Source: Candidatus Falkowbacteria bacterium RIFOXYC2_FULL_36_12
GTDB taxonomy: Bacteria > Patescibacteriota > Patescibacteriia > UBA11705
DNA: 64,000 bases
Assembly: GCA_001778235.1 (NCBI GenBank)
Contig: MFGJ01000001.1
Coordinates: 165,605 to 229,604, forward strand
Reading direction: 5' to 3'
The notes below the pieces were generated by a model. It was not told where the DNA came from. It was given only the letters and a program-made list of their open reading frames with translations, and ran no database searches. Made by a program: the position numbers and the translations under genes. Below, one piece after another: positions 17,540 to 27,471 of this stretch. Position 1 is the first letter of the stretch; each line of letters begins with the position of its first letter.

Positions 17540-19082
17540 AATTTTAGTTTTAACTGTGGTTATTCTGGGCTTGATGTTGAATTTTTCAGCGATTATGGCA
17601 CAGGAATTGCCAGCTTCAGATGATGTTTTGTTTAGCAATGAACTTCAAGCAATAGCTGGTAGTGATAGAAATGTGGTTGTTGGCAGACAGGTGTTATTTA
17701 GTGGCAATGCTTCTGTCCAGCCAGCAGGAAAGAATGTTAAATATTTATGGGATTTTGGCGATGGAATAAAAATTGAAGGGGTTGATGTAACACATGTTTA
17801 TACACGGTCAGGAGTTTATCGAACAGTTTTGACAATCAGCTATGATGACCAAGTTGCTTCAGATGAAATAATTGTTTCGGTTGATAAAGATATTGTGTTA
17901 TTAATCACAGATTCATTTGTGAAAGAAGATGTGAGGGATCGGTTGCAAGAAAAAGCCAGTACGCAGGGAATTCTTTTGGTAGATTTGCATGTTGATGATA
18001 GTTCGGTTGATTATTTGACGGTGAATGATTTGATGCAGAAAATTATTGATAACAAGGAAGATATAAAACAAGCAACAAATGTAATTTTGTTGACTCATAA
18101 CAATATTGGTCTTGATGCCTTGATTAGTGCCAGTCAGGAATTGTCAAAAACAACTAATTTGAATACTCTGGGTTTTAAAAATAAAAATTTAGTTGTATTG
18201 ACTGATGAAAGTTTGAATGTTACTGCGAAAATAGCCCAAAATGTTTATGGTTTGTTGACTCCGCAATCATTGCTGGTAGCCAAAGCTGAAGCTCTGGAAT
18301 TGGTGATAGGAAGACTGCAAATAAACCAAGTGGTTGAAGATTTGAAAAATAGTGAAATTGAGTATCAATTGTTAGGAGTACACACTCAAAGGCCTTTGAC
18401 TAATTTACGGGTTTGGAATGTATTCTCCTATATGGTAAGTTTTATGGTCAATAACGGTGTTTCACTAAATACGATTTATTTAATATTAATTTTGCCAGTG
18501 ATTGCGACATTGATTGCTTTTTCGCGCCAAATAATTGGTGTTAAATCTTTTGGTTTGTATGCGCCAACTTTGGTAGCTATGTCATTTCTGGTGACTGGAA
18601 TTAAATATGGCATTGCTTTTTTTGTGGTGGTGTTGTTGGTGGGAACACTTGGAAGATTGGTAGCGAGAAAGATTCGTTTGATGTACTTGCCGAGAATGGC
18701 GATTGTATTGTCGATTGTAAGTTTATCAATTTTTGTTTTGTTTTTTGTCGGATCTTTGATGGAGAAAACTGATTTGATTGCGATTTCTATTTTCCCCATA
18801 TTAATCATGGTGATTATTACGGAGAAATTTATTTCTTCCCAGATTGAACTTGGTAGTTTGACGGCTTTTAAGTTGGTATTAGAAACTTTGGTGTTGTCAA
18901 TTGTTAGTTATTTATTGGCTAATTGGCAACCGCTTAGATCATTAATTTTAGGTTATCCTGAATTTATTTTTGTTACATTCCTCCTAAATTATTTAATCGG
19001 TAAATGGAATGGATTGAGGTTGCTAGAATTATATCGTTTTAGAAAGGTAATAAAAAATGTTGAGATTTCTGAAAAAAAGTAA
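17529..19082 (+). CDS. Membrane protein with signal peptide, extracellular PKD-like domain (WDFGDG...HVY..SGVY), and C-terminal ~7 TM helices. Possibly of the 7TM family associated with ATP-grasp peptide-ligase systems.
   Basis: PKD motif read directly. About seven hydrophobic helices in the last ~220 aa. Immediately upstream of an ATP-grasp/retropepsin gene. Confidence 0.55.
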   Translation: MKNKILVLTVVILGLMLNFSAIMAQELPASDDVLFSNELQAIAGSDRNVVVGRQVLFSGNASVQPAGKNVKYLWDFGDGIKIEGVDVTHVYTRSGVYRTVLTISYDDQVASDEIIVSVDKDIVLLITDSFVKEDVRDRLQEKASTQGILLVDLHVDDSSVDYLTVNDLMQKIIDNKEDIKQATNVILLTHNNIGLDALISASQELSKTTNLNTLGFKNKNLVVLTDESLNVTAKIAQNVYGLLTPQSLLVAKAEALELVIGRLQINQVVEDLKNSEIEYQLLGVHTQRPLTNLRVWNVFSYMVSFMVNNGVSLNTIYLILILPVIATLIAFSRQIIGVKSFGLYAPTLVAMSFLVTGIKYGIAFFVVVLLVGTLGRLVARKIRLMYLPRMAIVLSIVSLSIFVLFFVGSLMEKTDLIAISIFPILIMVIITEKFISSQIELGSLTAFKLVLETLVLSIVSYLLANWQPLRSLILGYPEFIFVTFLLNYLIGKWNGLRLLELYRFRKVIKNVEISEKK

Positions 19083-20454
19083 GGGAGTTTTGGGCATGAA
19101 TGCTCGGAACTTGGATTTTATTCGTCCAGGCGGGTCAAAGGCTGCTCGAAGGTTGGTTGATAACAAACTTCGGACAAAAAGAATGTTGAAAAAAAATGGA
19201 TTGCCAATAGCAAAATTGATTGCAGCTATAAAAACACGCGATGAATATGATAAATTTGATTGGGGTAGTCTACCTGATAGTTTTGTGTTAAAACCAAATC
19301 AGGGACTTGGTGGTGAAGGTATAATGGTGACATTTGGAAGAAAGAAAAATGGAGGTTGGGTATTGCCACTTGATAGAGATGCTGAATTACCTGATATTAT
19401 GCTCCGGGTCAGTAATATTCTTGATGGAGATTATTCAATGACATCAACACCTGACGCAGCATTTTTTGAAGAGAGAATAAAAATTCATCCGACTTTTAAG
19501 CTTTATTCATATAAAGGTGTGCCTGATATTAGAATAATTGTTTATAATAAAGTACCGGTAATGGCGATGCTCCGATTGCCGACCAAATATTCCAATGGAA
19601 AGGCAAATTTGCATGCTGGCGGTATTGGTGTGGGTATTGATATTGAAACTGGGATTACCACTCAAGCAATATTTAGAGGTAAGCTAATTGAATTTCTGCC
19701 TGATAGAAAATTTCCGATTCGAGGTATAAAAATTCCTTATTGGAATCAGATGCTAGATATCGCAGTAGAGTCTCAAATTGCTTGTGGTTTGAATTATGTT
19801 GGAGTTGATATTGCCATAGATCGTGAAAGAGGTCCAATAATTTTGGAGTTAAATGCCAGACCTGGATTGGAAATTCAGGTAGCAAATTTGGCGCCACTGA
19901 AAGATAGGCTGATTCGAGTAAAAGGGTTGAAGATAAAAACTGTTAAGAAGGGAATAAAGATGGCTAAGGAGTTGTTTGGTGGTGAAGTTGAACAGGAAAT
20001 TGAGGAGATTTCAGGAAAGCAGGTTGTTGGTTTGATTGAGACGGTGAAATTGCAAGGGAAAAATAATGAAGTGATTGAGCTAAAAGCCAAAATTGATACA
20101 GGAGCTGGTGTTACTTCAATTGATGAGGATTTGGCTATTGCCCTTGGGTTTGAAAGTGCGTTGGAATATTGTAAATCATTTAATTTGCCTGATGTGATGA
20201 CTCGGGAACAGGTAGCAGAACTTAGTAGTAAAAAACTTTGGAAGGATTTTGAAAAGCACCCGGACATTATTTCAGTAATAAAAACATTTAGTTCACATGG
20301 GGCATCATATCGAATGGGGGTGCCGATTAAATTAACTTTGTCTGGGGTAAAATTTACTTCTACGGTCTCTGTAATCAGCCGAAAAGGTATGCAGTACCCG
20401 ATAATTATTGGTAGAAGGGATTTGAAAAAATTTTTAGTTGATCCGAGTAAGTGA
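19057..20454 (+). CDS. ATP-grasp ligase (alpha-L-glutamate-ligase/RimK-related) fused to a C-terminal retropepsin-like aspartyl protease domain (DTGA)
   Basis: N-terminal ATP-grasp-like region (LKPNQGLGGEGI, NLHAGG, ILELNARPG). C-terminal VVGLIETVKL...KAKIDTGAGVTSID retropepsin active-site motif. Confidence 0.6.
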   Translation: MLRFLKKSKGVLGMNARNLDFIRPGGSKAARRLVDNKLRTKRMLKKNGLPIAKLIAAIKTRDEYDKFDWGSLPDSFVLKPNQGLGGEGIMVTFGRKKNGGWVLPLDRDAELPDIMLRVSNILDGDYSMTSTPDAAFFEERIKIHPTFKLYSYKGVPDIRIIVYNKVPVMAMLRLPTKYSNGKANLHAGGIGVGIDIETGITTQAIFRGKLIEFLPDRKFPIRGIKIPYWNQMLDIAVESQIACGLNYVGVDIAIDRERGPIILELNARPGLEIQVANLAPLKDRLIRVKGLKIKTVKKGIKMAKELFGGEVEQEIEEISGKQVVGLIETVKLQGKNNEVIELKAKIDTGAGVTSIDEDLAIALGFESALEYCKSFNLPDVMTREQVAELSSKKLWKDFEKHPDIISVIKTFSSHGASYRMGVPIKLTLSGVKFTSTVSVISRKGMQYPIIIGRRDLKKFLVDPSK

Positions 20455-20557
20455 GGGGGAATGAGTTGGAAAGATGGTGAAATGTTGAAATATTGGGTAA
20501 ATAAGGTTGAAAAAATAGTTGGAAATAATGAAATAGTGAAATAAAGTTGAAAATAGA

Positions 20558-21436
20558 TTGAAAATAAGTTGTAAATATAGGATTATGAGATTATTAATTG
20601 TAGGGCCTGATACGCAGGAAAATAGGATGATTGTGCAGGAGGCAAAAGACAGAGGACATGAAGTTTATAGAATATCAATTACAAGATTGAGTTTCATAAT
20701 GGCGAATGGTGATTTCAAAGTTTTTTTCAATAAAAAAGAGTTGAAGGGAATTGATGCTTGTTTAATTCGTGGGGTAAGCCCTCATTTTGCTAAAGCAATA
20801 ACGCTGGCCAAGACATTGCATCGGCAAGGGACAAGGGTTGTTGACCGGGAGCTTTACCAAAAAGTTTATGCTTTAAATAAAATGTTTACGTATTCTGGAT
20901 TGAGCTATCATGGTTTGCCTTGTTTGCCATCATATTATTTTTCAAATAATGAGGAATTTAATAATTATAAGAAAAAATTGAAATTTCCAGTGTTGGTTAA
21001 GGATATTAATGGAATGCACGGCAGAAATATTTTTTTCAAATATTCATTGAAGGAATTGGAAGATTTTTTCAACTGGAGAAAAATTAATAAATATTTTATA
21101 CAAAAATTTGTCGACTCGGAATATTATTACCGCGTGCTGGTGGTGGGGAAAAAGGTCCTTGGTGCAATGAAAAGAAATACACTAAAAAGTATTAGAAGAA
21201 AAAGAATTCCTTTAGCAAAGAGATCACATTACAGTAAACTGACAAGAGAATTAAAGCGGTTAGGTAAAAAAGCCGCAAAGGCAACTAATTCAGATATTGC
21301 AGGAGTTGATATTATTTATGATGGCGATAAGCCATATATTCTAGAGGTGAACAGATCACCACAGTTTAAAAGGTTTACGCAAATTATGCAGGTAAAAGTG
21401 GCTGAAGAAATTGTTAAATACATAGAAAAATATTAA
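20558..21436 (+). CDS. RimK-like ATP-grasp ligase (start probably at MRLLIVG, 20585)
   Basis: FPVLVKDINGMHGRNIF, YRVLVVGKKVLGAMKR, AGVDIIYDGDKPYILEVNRSP. Confidence 0.6.
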   Translation: MKISCKYRIMRLLIVGPDTQENRMIVQEAKDRGHEVYRISITRLSFIMANGDFKVFFNKKELKGIDACLIRGVSPHFAKAITLAKTLHRQGTRVVDRELYQKVYALNKMFTYSGLSYHGLPCLPSYYFSNNEEFNNYKKKLKFPVLVKDINGMHGRNIFFKYSLKELEDFFNWRKINKYFIQKFVDSEYYYRVLVVGKKVLGAMKRNTLKSIRRKRIPLAKRSHYSKLTRELKRLGKKAAKATNSDIAGVDIIYDGDKPYILEVNRSPQFKRFTQIMQVKVAEEIVKYIEKY

Positions 21437-21439
21437 TAT

Positions 21440-22408
21440 ATGAAAATTTCTCCATATTCAAGAGTTTTAATCAGAGAGGCAAAGAAGTTTGGAATAAAAA
21501 TACACCCTGTTGGTGAAGCAGGGAAAATGTTTATATTGCGTAGAGGAGAAAAGCATACTTTTATTTATCAATCATTAACAGAGCTGACAAGTGACCCAAT
21601 GTATAAGATTTCGGCAAATAAATATTTAACTAATTTTACACTGAAAAAGTTTGGATTGCCAATCACAAATTTTAAACTGGGAAAAGATATAAATGATGCT
21701 AAAAAATTTCTGAAAAAATACAAAAAGATTGTTATAAAACCATTGTCAGCCAATCAGGGTAAGGGAATTACTATTGGTATAAAGAAAGCCAGTGAATTGC
21801 AAGAAGCGATTGATGGGGCTCTGAAATATACTGTAAGAAATAAGTTGGATAGCACTTACAAGAAAAATTTTTTATTGGAGAAGGCGGTGCCCGGTGATGA
21901 TCACCGTCTGTTAGTGATTAATTTCAAAATTGTTTTTGCGATAAAAAAAATTCCTGCGTATGTCGTAGGTGATGGTGAAGGTACAATTAAACAATTGATT
22001 GAGAAAAAGAATATTTTAAAATTAAAACATAAAAAGCCAATAATAATTGACGAGACATTGAGACATGTTTTGGCAAGGCAAGATTTGAGATTGAGAGATG
22101 TGCCTAAACTTGGTCAAAAAATATTTGTTCGAAGAACAGCAAATCTGGCAACGGGTGGTGAATCAATTGATATAACAGATGATCTTAATCCCAAGATAAA
22201 AAAAATGGCGATTCAGGCGGCGAAAATAATGAAAATGCCTGTGGCTGGGTTTGATTTTATGTGTAGAGATTATACAAAATCAAAAGGGTTTTTTATCGAG
22301 GTAAATCCAATCCCGGGGTTGATGATTCATCATTTTCCACATATAGGAAAGCCGAGAAATCCTGCTAGAGAAATAATAAAAATGTTAATAAAAAAGAAAT
22401 TGATATGA
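21440..22408 (+). CDS. ATP-grasp ligase, cyanophycin-synthetase N-terminal-like (paralog A)
   Basis: KKIVIKPLSANQGKGI...DHRLLVINFKIVFAIKKIPAYVVGDGEGTIKQLIEKKN...AGFDFMC. Confidence 0.6.
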   Translation: MKISPYSRVLIREAKKFGIKIHPVGEAGKMFILRRGEKHTFIYQSLTELTSDPMYKISANKYLTNFTLKKFGLPITNFKLGKDINDAKKFLKKYKKIVIKPLSANQGKGITIGIKKASELQEAIDGALKYTVRNKLDSTYKKNFLLEKAVPGDDHRLLVINFKIVFAIKKIPAYVVGDGEGTIKQLIEKKNILKLKHKKPIIIDETLRHVLARQDLRLRDVPKLGQKIFVRRTANLATGGESIDITDDLNPKIKKMAIQAAKIMKMPVAGFDFMCRDYTKSKGFFIEVNPIPGLMIHHFPHIGKPRNPAREIIKMLIKKKLI

Positions 22409-23349
22409 AAAGTTTGCATGTAAAACTCCTAAAGGAAACAGCAAAACAGCTAGGATTAAAGTTCAAATCTTATGATGGTGAAAATGTTTTGCATGAAGTA
22501 AGTAATGGAAAGAAAAGTTTTTTAATTGATCGTTCTGCGACTGAACTGACGAGCAGGTTGGGCTATATTTTGGCGGACAATAAACATTTGACAATTTCAG
22601 CATTGAATAAATTTGATATTCCGGTACCGCAACAAAGAATGGTAAAAAAGTATCAGGATAGTTTGGCTTTTTTCAAAAAAAATAAACCAATAGTAGTAAA
22701 ACCTAACAAATGTTCTCTGGGAAAAGGGGTGACGGTAAATGTGAAGACTTTAGAAGATTTGAAAAAGGCTTTTCATTATGCAAAAAGATATGATAGTAGA
22801 GTCTTGGTAGAAGAATTTATCCCAGGTGAAGATTATCGTTTTACAGTGATTGATTACAAACAGGTTTATGTGGTGAAGAGAATTCCAGCTTTTGTAATTG
22901 GAGATGGCAAACATAGCATTCTATATTTAATTAAACAAAAAAATAAGGTGAAAAAATCTTATAAAAAAGATATAAAAACTAATGAAAAAACAATTGAGAT
23001 CTTGAAAGAAAAAAAATTGACTTTGAGATCTATTCCAGCAAAAGATGAGATTGTTTATTTGCGGAAGGCGGCTAATATTGCTGAAGGGGGAACCAGTATT
23101 GATTTTACTGATATTGCTTCAAAGCCGTTAAAGGATTTGGCAATTGCTGCTTGCCGTGTTCTTCATTTGCCAGTGGCGGGGATTGATATTCTGACTGAAA
23201 ATATCAATGGTGATAAGGGCGTTATAATTGAAGTAAATCCTAGACCACACATAATTTTGCATCATTATCCGCATGAGGGTGAATCAAGATATCCAGCTAG
23301 AGATATTTATAATATGTTATTTGGAAAAAAATTAAAATTGAGAAAATAA
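22405..23349 (+). CDS. ATP-grasp ligase, cyanophycin-synthetase N-terminal-like (paralog B; start overlaps the upstream stop)
   Basis: KPIVVKPNKCSLGKGV...DYRFTVIDYKQVYVVKRIPAFVIGDGKHSILYLIKQKN...AGIDIL. Confidence 0.6.
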   Translation: MKSLHVKLLKETAKQLGLKFKSYDGENVLHEVSNGKKSFLIDRSATELTSRLGYILADNKHLTISALNKFDIPVPQQRMVKKYQDSLAFFKKNKPIVVKPNKCSLGKGVTVNVKTLEDLKKAFHYAKRYDSRVLVEEFIPGEDYRFTVIDYKQVYVVKRIPAFVIGDGKHSILYLIKQKNKVKKSYKKDIKTNEKTIEILKEKKLTLRSIPAKDEIVYLRKAANIAEGGTSIDFTDIASKPLKDLAIAACRVLHLPVAGIDILTENINGDKGVIIEVNPRPHIILHHYPHEGESRYPARDIYNMLFGKKLKLRK

Positions 23350-23361
23350 TCTAAAAAAAAT

Positions 23362-26229
23362 ATGCCATTCCCACAATTTAAAAAGGTTAGTAACCATCAG
23401 CCATACAATGATGATAATTTGATGGTAAAAAAAACAAAGAAAAAAAAGAAGTTGATAAAAATTTTATTGCGTTATGGTGTAATGGCTGGAGCGGTTTTGC
23501 TGATACTAATTGTGGCGCTGTTTGCTTGGTTTTCTCGCGGGTTGCCAAATCCAGATAGAATAATTGATAGAACAATTGCTCAAAGTACTAAAATTTATGA
23601 CAGTAAACAGGAGACTGTGCTGTATGAAATTCATGGTGATGAAAAAAGAACTTTGGTAAAGTTGGACGAAATGCCAGATTATATTCCAAAGGCAACAATC
23701 GCGGTTGAGGACAGGTATTTTTATGATCATCATGGCTTTAATGTTGTAGCGATGATAAAGGGAACATTAATTGATCCTTTACTTGGTAGAGGTGTGCGTG
23801 GAGGTTCGACTTTGACACAGCAGTTAGTAAAAAATGCTATTTTGACCAATGAAAGAAGTATTTCTCGTAAAATAAAAGAGTTTATTTTGTCTTTTCAGAT
23901 TGAAAGTAAATTTACAAAAGATCAGATTTTGCAAATGTATTTGAACGAGATTCCTTATGGTTCAACTGCTTATGGTGTGGCTTCGGCAGCTCAAACTTAT
24001 TTTGGTAAAGAGTTGAAAGATATAACACTTGGTGAAGCAGCGGTTTTGGCAGCTCTGCCACAAGCTCCGACATTTTATTCACCATATGGCAATAATGTTG
24101 ATAGATTGATTGTCAGACAGCAGTATGTTCTTGATCAGATGACTGATCTTGGCTATATCACAAAACAACAGGCTGATGAAGCTAGGTCTGAACAAATTGT
24201 ATTTAGAAAAAAGAGCGAATCAATTCAAGCTCCGCATTTTGTGATGTATGTAAAAGAAAAGTTGGCTGATATGTTTGGTGATAAAATGGTTGAACAGGGT
24301 GGATTGAAAGTGATTACAACACTTGATGTTGAAATGCAGAAAAAAGCTGAAGAAGCGGTAGTGAATGGAGTGGATAGACGAGGTGGTCAATATGGTTTTA
24401 CCAATGCAGCGCTTTTTGCTATGAATCCAAAAGATGGTCATATCTTGGCTATGGTTGGATCAAAAGATTATTTTGATGATACGATTGATGGTAATGTAAA
24501 TGTGACAACTAGACTGCGACAACCTGGGTCTTCTATCAAACCATTGGTTTATGCAGCTGCTTTTAATAAAGGATATACACCAGAGACAATGCTTTTTGAT
24601 GTTAATACTATTTTCAAAACAGATACCAAGAATTATGAACCTAAGAATTATGATTTGAAGGAAAATGGACCAGTTACAATGAGAAAAGCTTTGCAGGGGT
24701 CTCTAAATATTCCAGCGGTTAAAACTTTGTATTTAGTTGGTATTGATAATATGATTAATTTCCTTGAGATGATGGGATATACTTCATTTCAAGACAGAAG
24801 TCGGTTTGGTTTAGCCTTGGTTCTTGGTGGAGGTGAAGTAACCTTGGAAGAGCATGTTGCGGCTTTTTCGGTTTTTCCTAATGAAGGTATTTACAGAGAA
24901 TCAGTAGCAATCCTGAAAGTAGAGGATGCAAACGGAGAAGTTTTGTTTGAAGCTAAAGAAAAAGAAAGAAAAGTGCTTGATAAAAATATTGCGAACACAA
25001 TGAATAATGTGTTGTCAGATAATGGGGCTCGAGCCTATATTTTTGGAGCAAATAATTATCTAACAATTTCTGGTCGACCGGTTGGAGCCAAAACAGGAAC
25101 AACCAATGATTATCGCGACGCTTGGACTGTTGGCTATACTCCGTCAATTGCAGCTGGTGTTTGGGTGGGAAACAATAATAATTCTGAAATGAAAAGAGGA
25201 GCAGATGGAAGTGTGATTGCGGCACCGATTTGGAATGAATTTATGTCAGCAGTATTACAGGGTCAACCAGTTGAGTCATTTAATAGTTTTATCCCAGCTA
25301 AAACCGATAAACCAGTATTGAATGGTAATTTCGCCAATGAACAAATTTTGAAGATTGATAAATTTTCCGGTAAATTGGCAACGGATAATACTCCAGCATC
25401 AGCGGTTGAAGAGAAAACTTTTAAGGAAGTTCATAATATATTGCATTATGTAAATAAAGATGATCCACAGGGCGGATATCCAAACACGCCTCAATCTGAT
25501 CAGCAATATTCTAGCTGGGAATCTGGAGTCCAAAAGTGGATTGAGAAACAAAAAACCAGTGATGATCCGGCAAAGAGAGAACAGTTTGATTTTATAAATC
25601 AAGCACCACCAACAGAGTATGATGATGTTCATATTCCAGCAAATAAACCTAGCTTGCAAATATATTCTCCGCAGAACAATGAGACTATTTCCAGTTCAAA
25701 TTTAAATGTAGAAGTAAATGTTTCAGCGCCAAGAGGGATTAGTCGTGTAGAATATTATCTTGATGAACAGTTGATAAATACGGTTTATAGTGCACCATTT
25801 AACCTTAGTTTTAATATAAGTTCTATTTTTGGTAATGGTTATCATAAATTGAAAGTGGTGGTATTTGATGATGTTGATAATAGTGCGGAAGAAGCAATTG
25901 ATATAAATGTTTTGGCTGAACGAAAAGATCCTTCGGTCAATTGGATTAACCCGATTGGCAATAGGAGTCTTTCGGCTGGGGATTTCCCGTTTGTAACGAC
26001 TGTTCAGCTAAATGATGTTTTGGCTTCGAAAAAAATTGATTTTTACTATAACAAAAATGGGAGTTCGGCAACCAGTCTTTATGGCTCTGAAGTGGCCCCA
26101 GGAAACCAGAATATAAGTGTTCCGATGGAATACCCAGGTGAGGCTGGAGTATATGAGCTTAGAGCAATTTTGACCTTGCAGGATAATAGAACTTTTAGTT
26201 CTGGAGTGGTGAAGGTGAAGGTTGATTGA
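23362..26229 (+). CDS. Class A penicillin-binding protein (glycosyltransferase + transpeptidase, PBP1A-like) with a C-terminal ~250-aa extension
   Basis: GT51 motifs EDRYFYDHHG, RGGSTLTQQ. Transpeptidase motifs SSIKP and KTGTTND. Confidence 0.9.
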   Translation: MPFPQFKKVSNHQPYNDDNLMVKKTKKKKKLIKILLRYGVMAGAVLLILIVALFAWFSRGLPNPDRIIDRTIAQSTKIYDSKQETVLYEIHGDEKRTLVKLDEMPDYIPKATIAVEDRYFYDHHGFNVVAMIKGTLIDPLLGRGVRGGSTLTQQLVKNAILTNERSISRKIKEFILSFQIESKFTKDQILQMYLNEIPYGSTAYGVASAAQTYFGKELKDITLGEAAVLAALPQAPTFYSPYGNNVDRLIVRQQYVLDQMTDLGYITKQQADEARSEQIVFRKKSESIQAPHFVMYVKEKLADMFGDKMVEQGGLKVITTLDVEMQKKAEEAVVNGVDRRGGQYGFTNAALFAMNPKDGHILAMVGSKDYFDDTIDGNVNVTTRLRQPGSSIKPLVYAAAFNKGYTPETMLFDVNTIFKTDTKNYEPKNYDLKENGPVTMRKALQGSLNIPAVKTLYLVGIDNMINFLEMMGYTSFQDRSRFGLALVLGGGEVTLEEHVAAFSVFPNEGIYRESVAILKVEDANGEVLFEAKEKERKVLDKNIANTMNNVLSDNGARAYIFGANNYLTISGRPVGAKTGTTNDYRDAWTVGYTPSIAAGVWVGNNNNSEMKRGADGSVIAAPIWNEFMSAVLQGQPVESFNSFIPAKTDKPVLNGNFANEQILKIDKFSGKLATDNTPASAVEEKTFKEVHNILHYVNKDDPQGGYPNTPQSDQQYSSWESGVQKWIEKQKTSDDPAKREQFDFINQAPPTEYDDVHIPANKPSLQIYSPQNNETISSSNLNVEVNVSAPRGISRVEYYLDEQLINTVYSAPFNLSFNISSIFGNGYHKLKVVVFDDVDNSAEEAIDINVLAERKDPSVNWINPIGNRSLSAGDFPFVTTVQLNDVLASKKIDFYYNKNGSSATSLYGSEVAPGNQNISVPMEYPGEAGVYELRAILTLQDNRTFSSGVVKVKVD

Positions 26230-26263
26230 ATGAGTCAAATAAGTTGGAAATATGTTGGAAATA

Positions 26264-26293
26264 AAAAAGCCTTACGATTTAGTAAGGTTTTTT
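26264..26293 (+). terminator. Rho-independent terminator (ccttac-N6-gtaagg + T6)
   Basis: Hairpin plus T-run after the PBP gene. Confidence 0.55.
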
Positions 26294-26386
26294 GCTGGAC
26301 TTTACGAAAGATTTAATTTATGCTAAAAATAGGTGTTGATCCTTGATAATATACATTATGATAACCGACCATGGACATGAGGACAG

Positions 26387-26605
26387 ATGTACAAAAGAAA
26401 ATACAAGGTAATTACCAGTATCCTTTTTTTATCAAGTTTTTTTATTTTTTGGATTGGATCGCTGGTAACTATTGTTTATAGAAATCTGGACATTTTACTG
26501 CCGGGTATTTTATGTTCATTTATTTTTGGTGCTGTAGCAAGTTTGATTGATGATGATAAAAATATGTATGAATCGAATAAAATAGCCAATAGAAGAAAGG
26601 AGTGA
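26387..26605 (+). CDS. Small membrane protein, hypothetical
   Basis: 2 TM ORF. Confidence 0.3.
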   Translation: MYKRKYKVITSILFLSSFFIFWIGSLVTIVYRNLDILLPGILCSFIFGAVASLIDDDKNMYESNKIANRRKE

Positions 26606-26608
26606 AAG

Positions 26609-26833
26609 GTGGAAAAGAATCTGAAATGGTGGCAATGGATTGTTGTTGGTGTGATTGCTAGTTATATGATATTTGCTTTATCCTTTATGTTTGGACTGAT
26701 ATTAGTGTTAATACGAGAATGGATAATACAGCAATTTTGGTCTGGATTAGTAATTGTTTTAATTATTAGTTTGATTGTGAAAAAAACTGTTGATTATTGT
26801 TCTTGTTCGGCAACAGAAGAAAGGGGTGAATGA
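26609..26833 (+). CDS. Small membrane protein, hypothetical
   Basis: 2 TM ORF. Confidence 0.3.
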   Translation: MEKNLKWWQWIVVGVIASYMIFALSFMFGLILVLIREWIIQQFWSGLVIVLIISLIVKKTVDYCSCSATEERGE

Positions 26834-26879
26834 TGGAAGAAAAAGATGCCAAGAGACAGACTGAAATGGAAAAACAGAA

Positions 26880-27308
26880 TTGGGTGAACTGGTCATGAAG
26901 CAAGAAAGTAATCAGGTGGTTGAAATGAGTAAAAAAGTAATAGTAATTTCAAATGTTTGCTTGATCGGGATTTTAATTTCAATTCCAGCAATTGCTTTAC
27001 TCCTTTATAATGACTGTTGGCATTCGGCTTTGGCAGTATTTTATCTGCCATTTGTGTTGGTTATAATTAGGCAGAGGTATAGAAGAAATGAAACTGTGGT
27101 TAGAACAATTTATGAACTATTGGAAACGAGTACTTTTTATTTGCTGATAGTGTTCTTGCTTTTTCTGGTGTTGCTTAAAATGGTTTATTTGCTTGTAACC
27201 GTAGTGGTGTTTGGAGTCGTGTGTTGGGTGGGAACGAAAATGAAAGAACATTATGGCTTTATTGATTATTTTGAGGAAAATCAAAATAAAACGGAAATAG
27301 TAGAATAA
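26880..27308 (+). CDS. Small membrane protein, hypothetical
   Basis: 3-4 TM ORF. Confidence 0.3.
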   Translation: MGELVMKQESNQVVEMSKKVIVISNVCLIGILISIPAIALLLYNDCWHSALAVFYLPFVLVIIRQRYRRNETVVRTIYELLETSTFYLLIVFLLFLVLLKMVYLLVTVVVFGVVCWVGTKMKEHYGFIDYFEENQNKTEIVE

Positions 27309-27403
27309 GATTTTCATGAGAATTTGTAATATAAATCTTTACTTCATATAGTGAAGATTTTTTTATAAGGAAAAAGTCAAAATAATTGTTAATGATAGTA
27401 GTA

Positions 27404-27432
27404 TTGACAAATTAATTCAATTATGTTATTAT
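27404..27432 (+). promoter_or_regulatory. Sigma70-like promoter TTGACA-N17-TATTAT
   Basis: Direct reading. Lies 40 nt upstream of the ORF at 27472. Confidence 0.5.
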
Positions 27433-27471
27433 TTAATGTCATTTTGACAAAGGAAAACAAGGGGGGAAGTC

